From a virus: a stretch of DNA of 38,523 bases. Both the position numbers and the translations under genes were made by a program. Below, in pieces: positions 11,811 to 22,330 of this stretch. The notes under the pieces were generated by a model. That model ran no database searches. It saw only the letters and a program-made list of their open reading frames with translations, and was not told the DNA's origin. The first letter of the stretch is position 1. Each line of letters starts with the position of its first letter. The stretch lies in the IMG/VR virus record IMGVR_UViG_2671181139_000002, one strand, 5' to 3'.

Positions 11811-12120
11811 ATGAAACAGGAAGACTATTTATTAAGTTGCTTCCTATTTTGCATAGGCTTAGTCATTTACTTGGCTAAGTCTCTTACTACTGACAATCAA
11901 GATAAATGGCATGTAATCATAGCTAAAGCGGTGTTAAACCGGGTTTACTTCTTTATTTGCTGGAGTAATTTTAATTTGGTTTGAGAGTGTACCAACTTTA
12001 GGGATCATTGCATTAGCAGCGATTCTTGGAACTCTTGGAACAGAAGTAGTATTAAAAATAGTGAAACAACAACTCATTAAAAACATAGAACAATTAAAGA
12101 AAGGAAAGGGCAATGAATAA
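11811..12120 (+). CDS. Holin candidate, recoded at 11940
   Basis: Two hydrophobic segments; KAVLN-[G]-FTSLFAGVILIWFESVPTLGIIALAAILGTLGTEVVLKIVKQQ. Upstream of the endolysin. Confidence 0.65.
11940..11943 (+). other. Quadruplet recoding site CGGG to Gly (+1) in the holin
   Basis: AAC [CGGG] TTT; restores LNGFTSLFAGVILI. Confidence 0.88.
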
Positions 12121-12569
12121 TTTCAAATTAAGTAAGCGCTCCATTGAAAGATTAACAGGTGTACATCCTGATTTAGTAAAAGTAGTTGAGAAGGCTATTA
12201 CACTTAGTACAGTTGATTTTACAGTGATTGAACGGACTCAGAACTAAGGAAACTCAAGCTAAATATGTGAAACAGGGAAAGTCTCAAACGATGAACTCTA
12301 AGCACATTACAGGAGATGCTGTAGATCTCGGTGCTTGGGTAAATGGTACTGTAGATTGGGATCTTCAACATTACTTTAAGATAGCTGAAGCTGTGCGTTT
12401 AGCTGCTAAAGAACTCAAGATTAATATCATTTGGGGTGGTGCATGGGGAAGATATTTAAACCACTATGTAACCTCAAATGATGCTTATCAAGCTTACATT
12501 GCAGATAGAAAGAAGGCTGGAAAGAAGCCTTTCATTGATGCTGTACATTTTGAGCTACATAGAGAATAA
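12113..12569 (+). CDS. Endolysin, M15-family peptidase-like, recoded at 12233
   Basis: MNNFKLSKRSIERLTGVHPDLVKVVEKAITLSTVDFTVIE-[G]-LRTKETQAKYVKQGKSQTMNSKHITGDAVDLGAW...INIIWGGAWGR; SKHxxGxAVD zinc-peptidase motif. Confidence 0.85.
12233..12236 (+). other. Quadruplet recoding site CGGA to Gly (+1) in the endolysin
   Basis: GAA [CGGA] CTC; restores FTVIEGLRTKETQ. Unshifted reading stops at TAA four codons on. Confidence 0.92.
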
Positions 12570-12611
12570 TTCGATACTTTATAAGCTCTTATGCTGTGTC
12601 TGAAACTTTAG

Positions 12612-12650
12612 AACCCCTAGTAACTACTTTGTTGCTAGGGGTCTTTTTAT
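12612..12650 (+). terminator. Rho-independent terminator after the lysis genes
   Basis: ACCCCTAG..CTAGGGGT followed by CTTTTT. Confidence 0.65.
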
Positions 12651-12670
12651 CTATTCTGAAAGTACTAGAA

Positions 12671-12949
12671 CTACAACTCGTTAGAAAATAGATCGGACTT
12701 TTTATATGTTGCAACAGGAGTAAAGTTCTTTTGCCCCGGTAGCAATACAGCTTCTATGATGTACGTTATGTCATCATCAGGACGTTGGATAGACAAATCT
12801 TCCTTTGTCTGAGCTTCACTAACTACTTCTGAGTAATCAAACTCAGTTTCCGGTTCATAAAATAATTTGTTATCTTCTACTCTAAAGTTTAAAGGATCTT
12901 TTTGAAAGCTAAGATACTCATCTTCACTAACCGAAAAATATTGCTTCAT
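12671..12949 (-). CDS. Hypothetical protein
   Basis: Intact acidic 92-aa ORF. Confidence 0.4.
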   Translation of the reverse strand: MKQYFSVSEDEYLSFQKDPLNFRVEDNKLFYEPETEFDYSEVVSEAQTKEDLSIQRPDDDITYIIEAVLLPGQKNFTPVATYKKSDLFSNEL

Positions 12950-13411
12950 GTGTAACCTACCAAGTTATTAGGTTCTTCTATCAATAGCAGGAATAAAAGT
13001 TTATGCAATGGGAGAATCATTAAATTTCTTCTCTTTCAAAATAAACTTCTTAAGTTAAGTAAAATTTAAAAGTACTAAAAGTAAAAAGAAGAAATTATTG
13101 GCAGAAAGTTACATATTTCAGCAATTCTTTAAAAAGCACTTTAATCATGCTTTTTAATCTACCTCCAACTTAAACATAAGTAGTTGTTATTTATATTTTA
13201 TTTACATTTGAGTTCGCATAATGCCCATTATGTTAAATAAAAAATATCTTAACAATCACCTTTCTTCATTACTGCTTACACACAATCTCTTAAGATTTAT
13301 CACATCTATAGTTAATTTCTATCGAAAGAAATTTATTATTTAACTAAAATATCTTTACAAATTATCATTTTCAGCATAGAATTTACAAATAGATCGTAAA
13401 GAGTATTTAAA

Positions 13412-13963
13412 ATGAGTAATATTATTGTTGTTTTTACAGGTAAGGATTTAAAATCAATGCAAGAAGATGGTGGTTCAGGTCATTGGACTGCTAAAATTGA
13501 CCGTATCAAAGCTTCCGACTATGTATTAATGGTTAGGAATACGAAAGAAAAATGGGCAGATAAAGTAAATGCTGAACATGGTCAAGCTTTTATGATTGGT
13601 AAAGTATCTGGTTGTGCTCCAAGTCATAAACATCTTGACCGTAGAATTATTAAAATTTCGGAATATAGCTTATTACCTGATACAGAAAACTTTAAAGAAG
13701 CATGGTCTAAATTAACTAAAGGTCAAAGGTTTCCAGTCGCTTATTTAAATGATACAGATTTATTAACAAAGCTTAATTTAAATATTAAGGATTTAGTTTG
13801 GACTAAATTCGAATCTTTATTAGATAATTCAAAATCAGCTATATTAAAACCTTCAATTGATAAAACTAAAGACCTAGCAACTGTTATATCTGAAGCAAAA
13901 GAAATGATTGCTCATGCTGCTGGAGTTGAAACTGATAAGGTTGATATTCAAATTAAGTTTTAA
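13412..13963 (+). CDS. Hypothetical accessory protein
   Basis: Intact 183-aa ORF with no in-frame CGG. Confidence 0.5.
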   Translation: MSNIIVVFTGKDLKSMQEDGGSGHWTAKIDRIKASDYVLMVRNTKEKWADKVNAEHGQAFMIGKVSGCAPSHKHLDRRIIKISEYSLLPDTENFKEAWSKLTKGQRFPVAYLNDTDLLTKLNLNIKDLVWTKFESLLDNSKSAILKPSIDKTKDLATVISEAKEMIAHAAGVETDKVDIQIKF

Positions 13964-14056
13964 TTATTTTGGCACAACAAATATTTGTTGTGCCTAATTG
14001 CTTCTGTATTAGCGCATACGGCATACTTTATTTAAATCTTTATAATTTATGCCAAT

Positions 14057-14464
14057 ATGAAAAGAACTCTTGTAGCGTTAATTGTAGCCCCTCTACTGCT
14101 TGTTGGATGCGTTACCCCTGTTGCTAAATATGAACAATGGGGGCGTATGACGAATGAGCTTGAAACATGTAAGAAATGGGGCTATGTGGACAGCAAAACT
14201 TACGCTAAAGGTAAGATGCTACTTAGAAATAAACAATCAGCATATAGCGTTGATCAAGCTAAGCTCGATGCAGCATATCAAGCAGCTTTGCTTAAACCGC
14301 CTACTCCTGAACGCTGTGATGAGATCGTAGGGCTGATTGAAGTTGATTACAACATGATGTTAAGAACACCAGCTCCTTCTGTATCAGCTCCTCAACCAAT
14401 CAAAACTGTGTCTACAACAAGCTGTGGGAGGATTGGTGGTATTGTTACGTGTAATACATATTAA
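14057..14464 (+). CDS. Putative lipoprotein
   Basis: N-terminal lipobox-like signal MKRTLVALIVAPLLLVGC. Confidence 0.6.
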   Translation: MKRTLVALIVAPLLLVGCVTPVAKYEQWGRMTNELETCKKWGYVDSKTYAKGKMLLRNKQSAYSVDQAKLDAAYQAALLKPPTPERCDEIVGLIEVDYNMMLRTPAPSVSAPQPIKTVSTTSCGRIGGIVTCNTY

Positions 14465-14479
14465 GTTTCAGAAATGAAT

Positions 14480-14512
14480 AAGGGGCAATGCTAAACACAT
14501 TGCCCCTTTCTT
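14480..14512 (+). terminator. Bidirectional terminator
   Basis: AAGGGGCAATG..CATTGCCCCTT flanked by A/T runs, between convergent genes. Confidence 0.65.
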
Positions 14513-14527
14513 TTGATCTTATTTGAG

Positions 14528-15793
14528 TTATTCCTTCAGTGTTTTAATATATGCATTAAGGTTGTCATCATCAGTTGGCAAATTTGCGTATGTTGCTTGC
14601 AGCTTATCAAGTGGAAGACCAGCTTTGTTTTCCTTCATTGATAGTTCAAGTTCCCCCAATGCTTCACTCATTTCAGCAATTGCATAGTTTGTGGTTGTTA
14701 GGAGCTGACGTAACAAGCCTGAGTTCACTAAATGCTTCTCTTTCGGTACACCAGCGTCATCAAGGAATTTAATGTACGTTGGAAGAACAAGCTTTAATGC
14801 TGCTGCAAGCTTCACCTTCTTAGGGATGTTGTGTGTAGCACTTTGAGCAATCATTAATTGCCACATTTCTTTATACAGCTCTTGGCTTGTCATCAATGCA
14901 ACTGCTAGTACACCTGACCAAGCTTTGAATGTTTCCTCTTCGATTGATTCAGGACGTTTAGTAGCAAGTTGCTTGATCAATTCTCCGATCTTGTCTTTGT
15001 TAGTGCTATGCCATTTAGTCATTTGATAACGTAAACCAAAAACTTCATGACTTTGTTCAGTTAGTGGATCTTTTTCTGTAGGCACTGTCTCAGATTCTAG
15101 GATGTCTTTAAACCGTGCAATATGCTGTTTGTCGTTATGTTCATACTTTGGTGCATCGGCATGAACTACAAGGATGTTACCTTCCTTAATCTTATCATCC
15201 CCTTTTACTGCTGTATTTCGGCTAGTCTCAAGATGCATAGCGCAAACTGTTGCATAGGGTTTTTCAATCTGTTGCTCTTTTACCGCCTTGTTCAAAACAG
15301 CTCGTGATTTGATGTGGCTAAAGCAATGTAAGCCAAGCATGGCTGCTAAATATGAACCAAAGTTATTTTGAAGTACACCATCATCATCAGGTTCATTCTC
15401 AGTTGCAATTTCCAACGACACTTTACTTGGGGCTTGCTTGCTCACTGCTGAAGCTGTGGTCCATAACGAGAAGAAGTTAGCGTACTTGGGATCTTTAAAT
15501 GTAATACCTTGTGTTTTTTGTACTTCTAATTTTTCAGTATGTAACTCCATCAAGTCAGGGTTTGTTTTTACTAACTCTGGGTCAAATGCTGTTGCTTCTG
15601 ATTCTGTTGAATCATCGTCTGCTTGTACATCAGTAACAGGTAGTTGTACTTCTTCAGTGATACCGTGTGTAGCTTCATAGTTTTCAATGAAAACTTGGTG
15701 AAAGTTGGTGCGATCTGCAACTGGAATAGCCTTGTAAGAGTCATACTGAAGTTTAGCTGCTGCTTCAAGTTGTTCATTTTGTGATGCTGTCAT
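14528..15793 (-). CDS. Hypothetical plasmid-module protein, 421 aa
   Basis: Intact ORF. Contains one ordinary in-frame CGG (complement of 15113-15115, HIA-R-FKD) that must be read as a triplet. Confidence 0.5.
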   Translation of the reverse strand: MTASQNEQLEAAAKLQYDSYKAIPVADRTNFHQVFIENYEATHGITEEVQLPVTDVQADDDSTESEATAFDPELVKTNPDLMELHTEKLEVQKTQGITFKDPKYANFFSLWTTASAVSKQAPSKVSLEIATENEPDDDGVLQNNFGSYLAAMLGLHCFSHIKSRAVLNKAVKEQQIEKPYATVCAMHLETSRNTAVKGDDKIKEGNILVVHADAPKYEHNDKQHIARFKDILESETVPTEKDPLTEQSHEVFGLRYQMTKWHSTNKDKIGELIKQLATKRPESIEEETFKAWSGVLAVALMTSQELYKEMWQLMIAQSATHNIPKKVKLAAALKLVLPTYIKFLDDAGVPKEKHLVNSGLLRQLLTTTNYAIAEMSEALGELELSMKENKAGLPLDKLQATYANLPTDDDNLNAYIKTLKE

Positions 15794-15982
15794 TTCGTTT
15801 TCCTTATATGGATAAATTTTTAAATTGTTATCGTTGCGCTTCGATGAAATGAACTATACACATAAATTCTTACTATAGGAAGAACTTTTATTAAATTAAT
15901 TGAAAATATTTTTGTACAATAATGTTGTTTTTATAGTAACTATGCTAGAATAGATTTATCAATAGATGTATAGAATGTCACA

Positions 15983-16459
15983 ATGAAGTTGTTTCAAATT
16001 GAAGCTACAAACACAACTATCTATTTTATATACAGATTAAGAAAAGTCTTGAAACTGAGCGCTAATAAGGCTCATGATTTATTTGGTATGAAGTATTCGT
16101 CATATTACAAAATGGAAAATTTTGACCATAATCTTCCATTAGAGAGATTGTTTTATGTACTCGACCTCTTCAAGTTGAACTTAAATGATCTTCAAAGAGT
16201 AATTGACCTTGTTAAGAGTATTGCTGAAAGTAATGAACATTTGACGTATGGATGGTCTTCTGAAAGTGGATTTCTTTCAAATGTTTCAGAGGGAACTAGG
16301 CAGTTTGTTGGTGCAATGATTGGTGGTGAATTAACTGAAATAGATGACGTTGAACATTTTGATGAAGTTTTAGGCTTTAAAGCAGTAGCTGAAGTTGATG
16401 AACTTATTTACAACATGATTAAAGATAGCGACACGTATAAAAAAGCCCTGAAGAAATAA
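15983..16459 (+). CDS. HTH-like regulator candidate
   Basis: YRLRKVLKLSANKAHDLFGMKYSSYYKMENFDHNLPLERLFYVLDLF resembles an XRE-type helix-turn-helix arrangement. Divergent from the 14528..15793 gene. Confidence 0.4.
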   Translation: MKLFQIEATNTTIYFIYRLRKVLKLSANKAHDLFGMKYSSYYKMENFDHNLPLERLFYVLDLFKLNLNDLQRVIDLVKSIAESNEHLTYGWSSESGFLSNVSEGTRQFVGAMIGGELTEIDDVEHFDEVLGFKAVAEVDELIYNMIKDSDTYKKALKK

Positions 16460-16469
16460 CAGGGCTTTA
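16442..16469 (+). terminator. Bidirectional terminator
   Basis: AAAGCCCTG..CAGGGCTTT. Confidence 0.6.
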
Positions 16470-16472
16470 TGC

Positions 16473-16967
16473 TTATTCAGTTTTATCTTCTTTTTTCTTA
16501 TTACGTTTGAAATTCACGATCTCGTTAAAAGCTTCTTCACCAAGAATACTCTCAGCTTTAGCTAAAACTTGAGTACGGATAAAGTCATTGATTGAATCTG
16601 ATTCGCCTTCTTGTTCCATTGCTTCTTGAATTACCTTCAGCTCTTCAAAATACAATGGAATCGTCAAGTTTGTACCGTGCTGCTTACGTTGGCGCTTACT
16701 GTTTGGAAGAGTGTTTTTTTCAAGTTGAATAGATTCGCCTACTCTTGGAACATGCTTTAAAGGGTCTTTGCGGTCAGCTTCTTTTTGTTCGGCTTGTTTC
16801 TTAGCTTCAAGTGCTTTGGTATCTTCAGGCTCAGATGCATTACTGATATTAAGAGCGTCTGCTTTTTTTCTGTCTTCCGCTGAGAGAGTTTGCTTTTGAG
16901 GTACTGAAGCGCTTCGATCTATAAAACGTGGAAGTTTAGTCATGATTAGATTGCCTCTAGTAGCCAA
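16473..16967 (-). CDS. Small partition partner (ParB-like or centromere-binding) candidate
   Basis: Start overlaps the ParA stop. Basic and charged protein. Confidence 0.45.
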   Translation of the reverse strand: MATRGNLIMTKLPRFIDRSASVPQKQTLSAEDRKKADALNISNASEPEDTKALEAKKQAEQKEADRKDPLKHVPRVGESIQLEKNTLPNSKRQRKQHGTNLTIPLYFEELKVIQEAMEQEGESDSINDFIRTQVLAKAESILGEEAFNEIVNFKRNKKKEDKTE

Positions 16968-17581
16968 TTGAAGAAGTCATCTTTCGCTTTATTTGATGAA
17001 AGCTCTAAAACAGATTTACTCATTGCAGCAGCTTCTCTGAATTGTATACGCTCATGCAATCGAGCATTCATTACATTGTATGTAGGGTACTGTTCTTTAA
17101 GGTACTCAATTACTGCGTCTGCGTCTTTTGACTTAGCATTTGTACTAGCTCGACTAATAAAGAAATTCTTCTGAAAGTCTGTCTTTAATTTCTCATTTCT
17201 AACCGCTTGAATTTTATCAATGAAAGCAGTCACATTTGGTAAGACATCAAGATCAAATTGGCTAGTTTGAGTAGGGATAAATAGCTTATCAACTACATAT
17301 AGAGTTGTTTTAAATTCGTCTGAGTCCTTACCAGCCACATCAACGACCACATTTCCATACTGTTCTTCTAGTTTGATAAGTTGCTCGTCAATTTCACCTT
17401 TAAGATGTACACAATCAAAATCATTAGCTTCACGGTATTTGTGCCACATAGAAGCTGTCTTTTGATCATCAGCATCAACTAAGACTACTGTACCTTTAGT
17501 TGATAAGTAATAAGCCAAGTTAGTAGCAGCGGTAGACTTCCCTACTCCGCCTTTTTGATTTGCTATTGCATAAATCGTCAT
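16946..17581 (-). CDS. parA: ParA-family partition ATPase
   Basis: MTIYAIANQKGGVGKSTAATNLAYYLSTKGTVVLVDADDQKTASMW: deviant Walker A and DADxQ. Confidence 0.9.
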   Translation of the reverse strand: MTIYAIANQKGGVGKSTAATNLAYYLSTKGTVVLVDADDQKTASMWHKYREANDFDCVHLKGEIDEQLIKLEEQYGNVVVDVAGKDSDEFKTTLYVVDKLFIPTQTSQFDLDVLPNVTAFIDKIQAVRNEKLKTDFQKNFFISRASTNAKSKDADAVIEYLKEQYPTYNVMNARLHERIQFREAAAMSKSVLELSSNKAKDDFFNWLLEAI

Positions 17582-17692
17582 GGTTTTGAGTCTTTATAAG
17601 TTAGTATCAATAGAACTATTGTAGCATCTATATAAGCATTTACCAGTAGATTACGGTACAATTAAGTAACAGTATGAAATTGAGGGGGGAAC

Positions 17693-18496
17693 ATGGAAAA
17701 AGAGTTAAAGAAAAAATTATATGAAAACGTAGCATGTATAGGTTTATGGATTCTTGTAATCACTCTAGCCTTTTTGTTTATAGCTAAGTTTTTCTTTGGG
17801 CAGTGCATTGATATTAGCTTACTAAAAGATGTGCTAAGTATTTCAACTACTATCTTTGCAGCTTTAGTAGCGATTCTAATGTTCAGTGATTGGAGAGTTC
17901 AAAAACAATATGAAATAGAGCGAGAAAAATTAGAAATGGCTCTTATTGATATTGCGGAAGTAAATAAAAGATTAGTAATTTTAAGAAACGACATGAACAT
18001 TATTAAGGGGACGTGGGATCACTATACTTTTTACCCAAATATTTTAAAAAGAGATGATCAAAATCCTTCTGACTTGCTGAACTCTATCTATATTCAATTG
18101 AGAAATTATAAGTTTTTAAGTAAAGATCCTAACATTATGGATAAAGTAAAAACTTTTCAAAGCTCTACTAATACAGTATTTGGACTAAAAGAAAATAAAT
18201 TAAAAGGACTTTATAGTGAATATATTCAAAACTTATATTCAGCAAATTTAGAAGAGAAAGATTCAAATATTAGCTATGAAAAAGATTATGATGAAGATAC
18301 TCACAGAGTTATTCGAGAAAATAAATTTATGATAAAAATTGAGTTTCAGAATGAACTCGCTGTGGATGATCTAGATGAGAATAGAAATGTGGTAGCTACA
18401 GTTACTAAAGATTATATTTCATTTATTAAAGATGCAATTGCTGAAGTTGAAAGTTTAACTCAGTATTGTATCGATAAAATAAATATACTTAGATAA
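17693..18496 (+). CDS. Membrane-anchored accessory protein (two N-terminal TM segments)
   Basis: CIGLWILVITLAFLFIAKFFF and VLSISTTIFAALVAILMF, followed by a soluble C-terminal domain. Confidence 0.45.
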   Translation: MEKELKKKLYENVACIGLWILVITLAFLFIAKFFFGQCIDISLLKDVLSISTTIFAALVAILMFSDWRVQKQYEIEREKLEMALIDIAEVNKRLVILRNDMNIIKGTWDHYTFYPNILKRDDQNPSDLLNSIYIQLRNYKFLSKDPNIMDKVKTFQSSTNTVFGLKENKLKGLYSEYIQNLYSANLEEKDSNISYEKDYDEDTHRVIRENKFMIKIEFQNELAVDDLDENRNVVATVTKDYISFIKDAIAEVESLTQYCIDKINILR

Positions 18497-18502
18497 AAGA
18501 AA

Positions 18503-18527
18503 ACCCCTATCCATTGCAGATAGGGGT
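18503..18527 (+). terminator. Terminator-like hairpin
   Basis: ACCCCTATC-CATTGCA-GATAGGGGT. Confidence 0.5.
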
Positions 18528-19067
18528 ATATTAGATTATGTGAGAATTGCTCGACCACATAAGAGACGTAGAATAACTAATTTAAGAAGGGTTGTTGTGT
18601 TGCCATTATCTAGCTTTACGCCAACAAAATTTAGAGTAAGCATAAAAGCTAGGATTGAATAGAATGTAGTTAAGAGTGCAATCATTTTCTTATCCTCTAA
18701 ATTTGAAATAATCGTCTAAATCTTCTTTATAATTGTCATCAACTAAATAAACACTAAAATCTTCATCTTCTGTGAATGCTAAGAAGTTTTTAGCCATTTC
18801 ACTATCTGCATTTACTTTAGTTAAGAGTCCGTGATTTGAACTCTTGTTTAATCTCTTCTAAGTAGAAATAAAGGTCATTATCAGACTCAGCTTCTAATAC
18901 TGATCTTCCTTTGAATTGTCCTGTTAATAGAATGTTTTCTTTAACGAGTTCTTTATATTCTTTTTTAGTTAGCTTAGCCATTTTTATCCTAATAAATTAG
19001 TACTATTTTATATAAGGGGGTATGCCCAAATTTGGACACCCCTTTTCATTTTTTAAGCGGATGTTGA

Positions 19068-19811
19068 TTACTCTACTTCTGCTGTTGTCAGTTCAATATT
19101 GAGTTTTCTAGCTATCCACACTAAACCTTTACCAGTCACTCTCACTTGAGTTCCATATTGTGAAGTTACAAGTATTAAATGGTTACGGTCATGTTGAGCT
19201 GCTGGTCTATATGTTGATGCTGATCTTCCGTACATCCATCTGTTATCAAGTAACCAATCTGTTAAATCTTTAGGACGTTTCTTTAGAAGCTTTGCTGCTA
19301 CTCTAATAGTGTATGTGTTTTCACTATTAGAAATGATGTCATATACGTCTGCTTTAGGTTGGATCATCTCTATCATTTGCTGTTGTTCTACTACTTGTAA
19401 TTCAAGTTGCTCTTTCTCTTCTTCAGCTACTACCAATGCTAGTAAAGCTTCTTTATATGTGCTTGGAAGCTTGATTTGAGTTGCTTGTTCTAATTCTATC
19501 CAACGATCTACAAGTTTAGCTGTGAATTGTGGTGAGAGCTGAGCTACTACAATTATTGAATCACGTTTACCTTGTTCACCTTCAAACACATATACAGTTT
19601 GAGTATATTGACGGTTATTTACGGTGGATAGCATCTCCTTCGTTGCAGGAGATGCTATTACTTCCGATGCTATCAGTCTTTCAATAGAAGTTTTAACATT
19701 ATCGTGACGAGCTTGAACTAGTTCTGCTATGTCCTGACTACTCATAGACGCAACTACAGTTTTTGAATTGATAGCTACAGCATTTTTTAGATTAATATTT
19801 AAATTTGACAT
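19068..19811 (-). CDS. Phage antirepressor/regulatory protein, Rha-like N-terminus with KilA-C-like C-terminus
   Basis: SSQDIAELVQARHDNVKTSIERL... (Rha-like) and NTYTIRVAAKLLKKRPKDLTDWLLDNRWMYGR...YGTQVRVTGKGLVWIARKLN (KilA-C-like). Confidence 0.75.
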   Translation of the reverse strand: MSNLNINLKNAVAINSKTVVASMSSQDIAELVQARHDNVKTSIERLIASEVIASPATKEMLSTVNNRQYTQTVYVFEGEQGKRDSIIVVAQLSPQFTAKLVDRWIELEQATQIKLPSTYKEALLALVVAEEEKEQLELQVVEQQQMIEMIQPKADVYDIISNSENTYTIRVAAKLLKKRPKDLTDWLLDNRWMYGRSASTYRPAAQHDRNHLILVTSQYGTQVRVTGKGLVWIARKLNIELTTAEVE

Positions 19812-20127
19812 TATTTTTCCTTATATAAAAGTAATAGAAACCCATCATAGGCAAGCTATGTGGATGTTTTTGGTAATTTATTTTTGTGACTGAGAAGATT
19901 TAAATGAATAGTCACGATCCATGTTTATTTATTTTTATTCAAATTTCTTTTTTGAATATATGTATATCATACACTTTAAGTAACACTTTGTCAATTTTTT
20001 TTACACAATTTAACAAAATTTTGTGTTAAGCGTTTTGAGTCCCTAGAGTAGTTTTAAATAGACTTCGAACTTCTATATTAATATCGAATATTCAGGGGAT
20101 ATTAACTAATCCACTTCTCTAATATTA

Positions 20128-21474
20128 TTAAACTTGTAAATCTAATTGCTGTGCTGTGTGATCAACTCTGACTTCAGCTTTATATTCTTCATATTTATCG
20201 TCTAACCAATCTTCTAATAGTGATCTCATACGCGAAGATGGGACATAAAGATTGATTTCATTACCTTCACGAATCGCTGAACGCCATATCCACTGCACCA
20301 TCTCAGATAAGGCAAAAACATCTTCTTTAACCGGGTAGCCTTTCATAGCTGAAGCTTTAACTACCATTGGATTAGGGTAAAGGTTCAATAAGTACGCAAG
20401 GTTTGATTTCTCTCTATACTCATTTGTTGCTTTAGTATTGAAGGCAAGCCATTCTTCTTTATAACGAGTACCAGCAATTGCTGTAGCTGACTCTTTGAAT
20501 GAAGTCCATAAACGATCTGCTTTCTTAGCTTTAACATGGTTACGGAAGTAGTTATCAAGGTTCTTAGACAATTCTTCACATAGAGCTTTCTTATTGCTTT
20601 TAAACTGGCTCGAACTTAAAGCAGTAGGTTTCAAGCCAATTTTATTAATATGCTGGTTATCTGAGATATTGATAAGGTGCTTAATTTGAGAAGGCTTGTT
20701 ACCAAATTTAATCAGCTCGTAATCAACCCCATAAGATTTAAGATAGGCTGACATTTGAGAGCCTTCAAACATATAAGTGGCAATCCAAACTTCTTTGAAA
20801 GATTTTAATGTATCAATACTCAATTCCCATACGATGAGCTTTTGGTCAACGTAAAGTAATTGCCCAAGATCACACATAGTTGCTAAGTTTTCATACTTAG
20901 TACCTGTTGGATCACCACCATTATCACCGTACTTCTCACGGTTAAATCGTAGTGTTACACCGTCATCATCAATGCTTACCCAACCAAGTCGGAAAAGAGC
21001 TTCTAATTCTGTTGCTGTGTACTCTGAATAAACATCATAAACCTGAATTGTTTCATCAATAACTAGAACATAATCTTTAGCATCCTCAAGCATTGTTGGA
21101 TTCAAGTTCATGAATAATTGGTGTGTACTTACTACGTTTTCTTTATTTCTAAGTAAGTACTGAAGGCTCTCAGCTTTGTTTCCACCTTTATAGCTTGGAT
21201 GCTTAAAACGTTTATCTTTTAATGGAGCTTCTTCAAGATACTGGTAATGAATACTTGTTTCGTCTTCTGTTGTAACTAATGGACGTTTTAAATGATCTTC
21301 AGGATCATAGGAAGTACCTGAGATACGGTGACACTCATCTAATAATGGTGTGATGTACAAAAAGTTTTGCTTATTATCGGATGTTCTTATTTCTTCTATC
21401 ATGCGAGTAGTCTTACCGCTACCCATCATTGCGTCATATACTTTAAACACTGTTCTAATTTGACCTACAGACAT
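20128..21474 (-). CDS. P-loop ATPase/helicase-like protein, possible replication protein
   Basis: VYDAMMGSGKTTRMIEEI Walker A and FLYITPLLDECHRI. Sits beside the ORF-free repeat region. Confidence 0.5.
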   Translation of the reverse strand: MSVGQIRTVFKVYDAMMGSGKTTRMIEEIRTSDNKQNFLYITPLLDECHRISGTSYDPEDHLKRPLVTTEDETSIHYQYLEEAPLKDKRFKHPSYKGGNKAESLQYLLRNKENVVSTHQLFMNLNPTMLEDAKDYVLVIDETIQVYDVYSEYTATELEALFRLGWVSIDDDGVTLRFNREKYGDNGGDPTGTKYENLATMCDLGQLLYVDQKLIVWELSIDTLKSFKEVWIATYMFEGSQMSAYLKSYGVDYELIKFGNKPSQIKHLINISDNQHINKIGLKPTALSSSQFKSNKKALCEELSKNLDNYFRNHVKAKKADRLWTSFKESATAIAGTRYKEEWLAFNTKATNEYREKSNLAYLLNLYPNPMVVKASAMKGYPVKEDVFALSEMVQWIWRSAIREGNEINLYVPSSRMRSLLEDWLDDKYEEYKAEVRVDHTAQQLDLQV

Positions 21475-21534
21475 ATATCTTTTTTCTCATGGAATTATTA
21501 ATTGTGGTGTAAAGTGAAGACAGGATCACTTACA

Positions 21535-22330
21535 CAAGACAAGTATAGTCTCTCAAGACAAAAATATCAAACTTCTTGTCTTGAGAGGAAAATTCTGTCT
21601 TGGATTCCGTCTTTTTGTCTTATAAGTTATTGTTTAGTTTTTAAATTTAAATTTGTGGATAACTTAGACTCGGCTTTGTCTTGAATGAATCTAGTATTTA
21701 TACGGCTTTCGGCGGTATTTGATACACGAAAACATCGAAATCTATCACTAAAATATTTATAGCTAAGACTGAACCTTGTCTTAGGAATATTATAAGCTAT
21801 TGTTATTAAATATGAAAAAATCGTTTTCCTTAAAAGAAGAAATGGAGATTCCATACGTGTATGAGTGGGACTGTTAGGAGACCTTACCGCCCTCTGTTAC
21901 TGCTGGCAATTGATTGTATATTTACAGTCGGTTGGTTGCTGACTAAACATGTAACTCTGTTAATGAAGTTTGAGATAGCAACTCTTGTTAGTCGTTACAA
22001 GTTTAGTCCAGCTCAAATTTCACTTCCAATAGTACTTTAAGTTTTACACTTTTTTTATTGTAGTCATAAGCTCGGATTTATCCTTAGTAATTAGTCATTT
22101 ATAAGGAAATCTTTACACTTTTTTTGGCGGAATGCATATTATTTATATAATAATATTATGGAAAGCTAATTCTATGTATATGTAGTCCAGTTTAAATCTC
22201 ACTTCTTTTAATTGTTGCTCATGATCTGATTGGATAAGTTGAAAAGATTGGATAGCAACGTTTAAAAGAAGGTCTATAAAAACATCGGATTTATTTGTCT
22301 AGACTGGATCTTGTCTTGGAGCTATTTTTT
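21535..22330. repeat. Noncoding region with scattered TTGTCTTG/CAAGACAA motifs, including the inverted pair CTCTCAAGACAA (21550-21561) / TTGTCTTGAGAG (21576-21587)
   Basis: Recurring TTGTCTT motifs in an ORF-poor region upstream of the 20128..21474 gene. Confidence 0.4.

Noticed and set aside
20385-21854. Small ORFs 20385..20579, 21502..21684 and 21627..21854
   Set aside because: Overlap the longer 20128..21474 gene or the repeat region, with no recognisable features.
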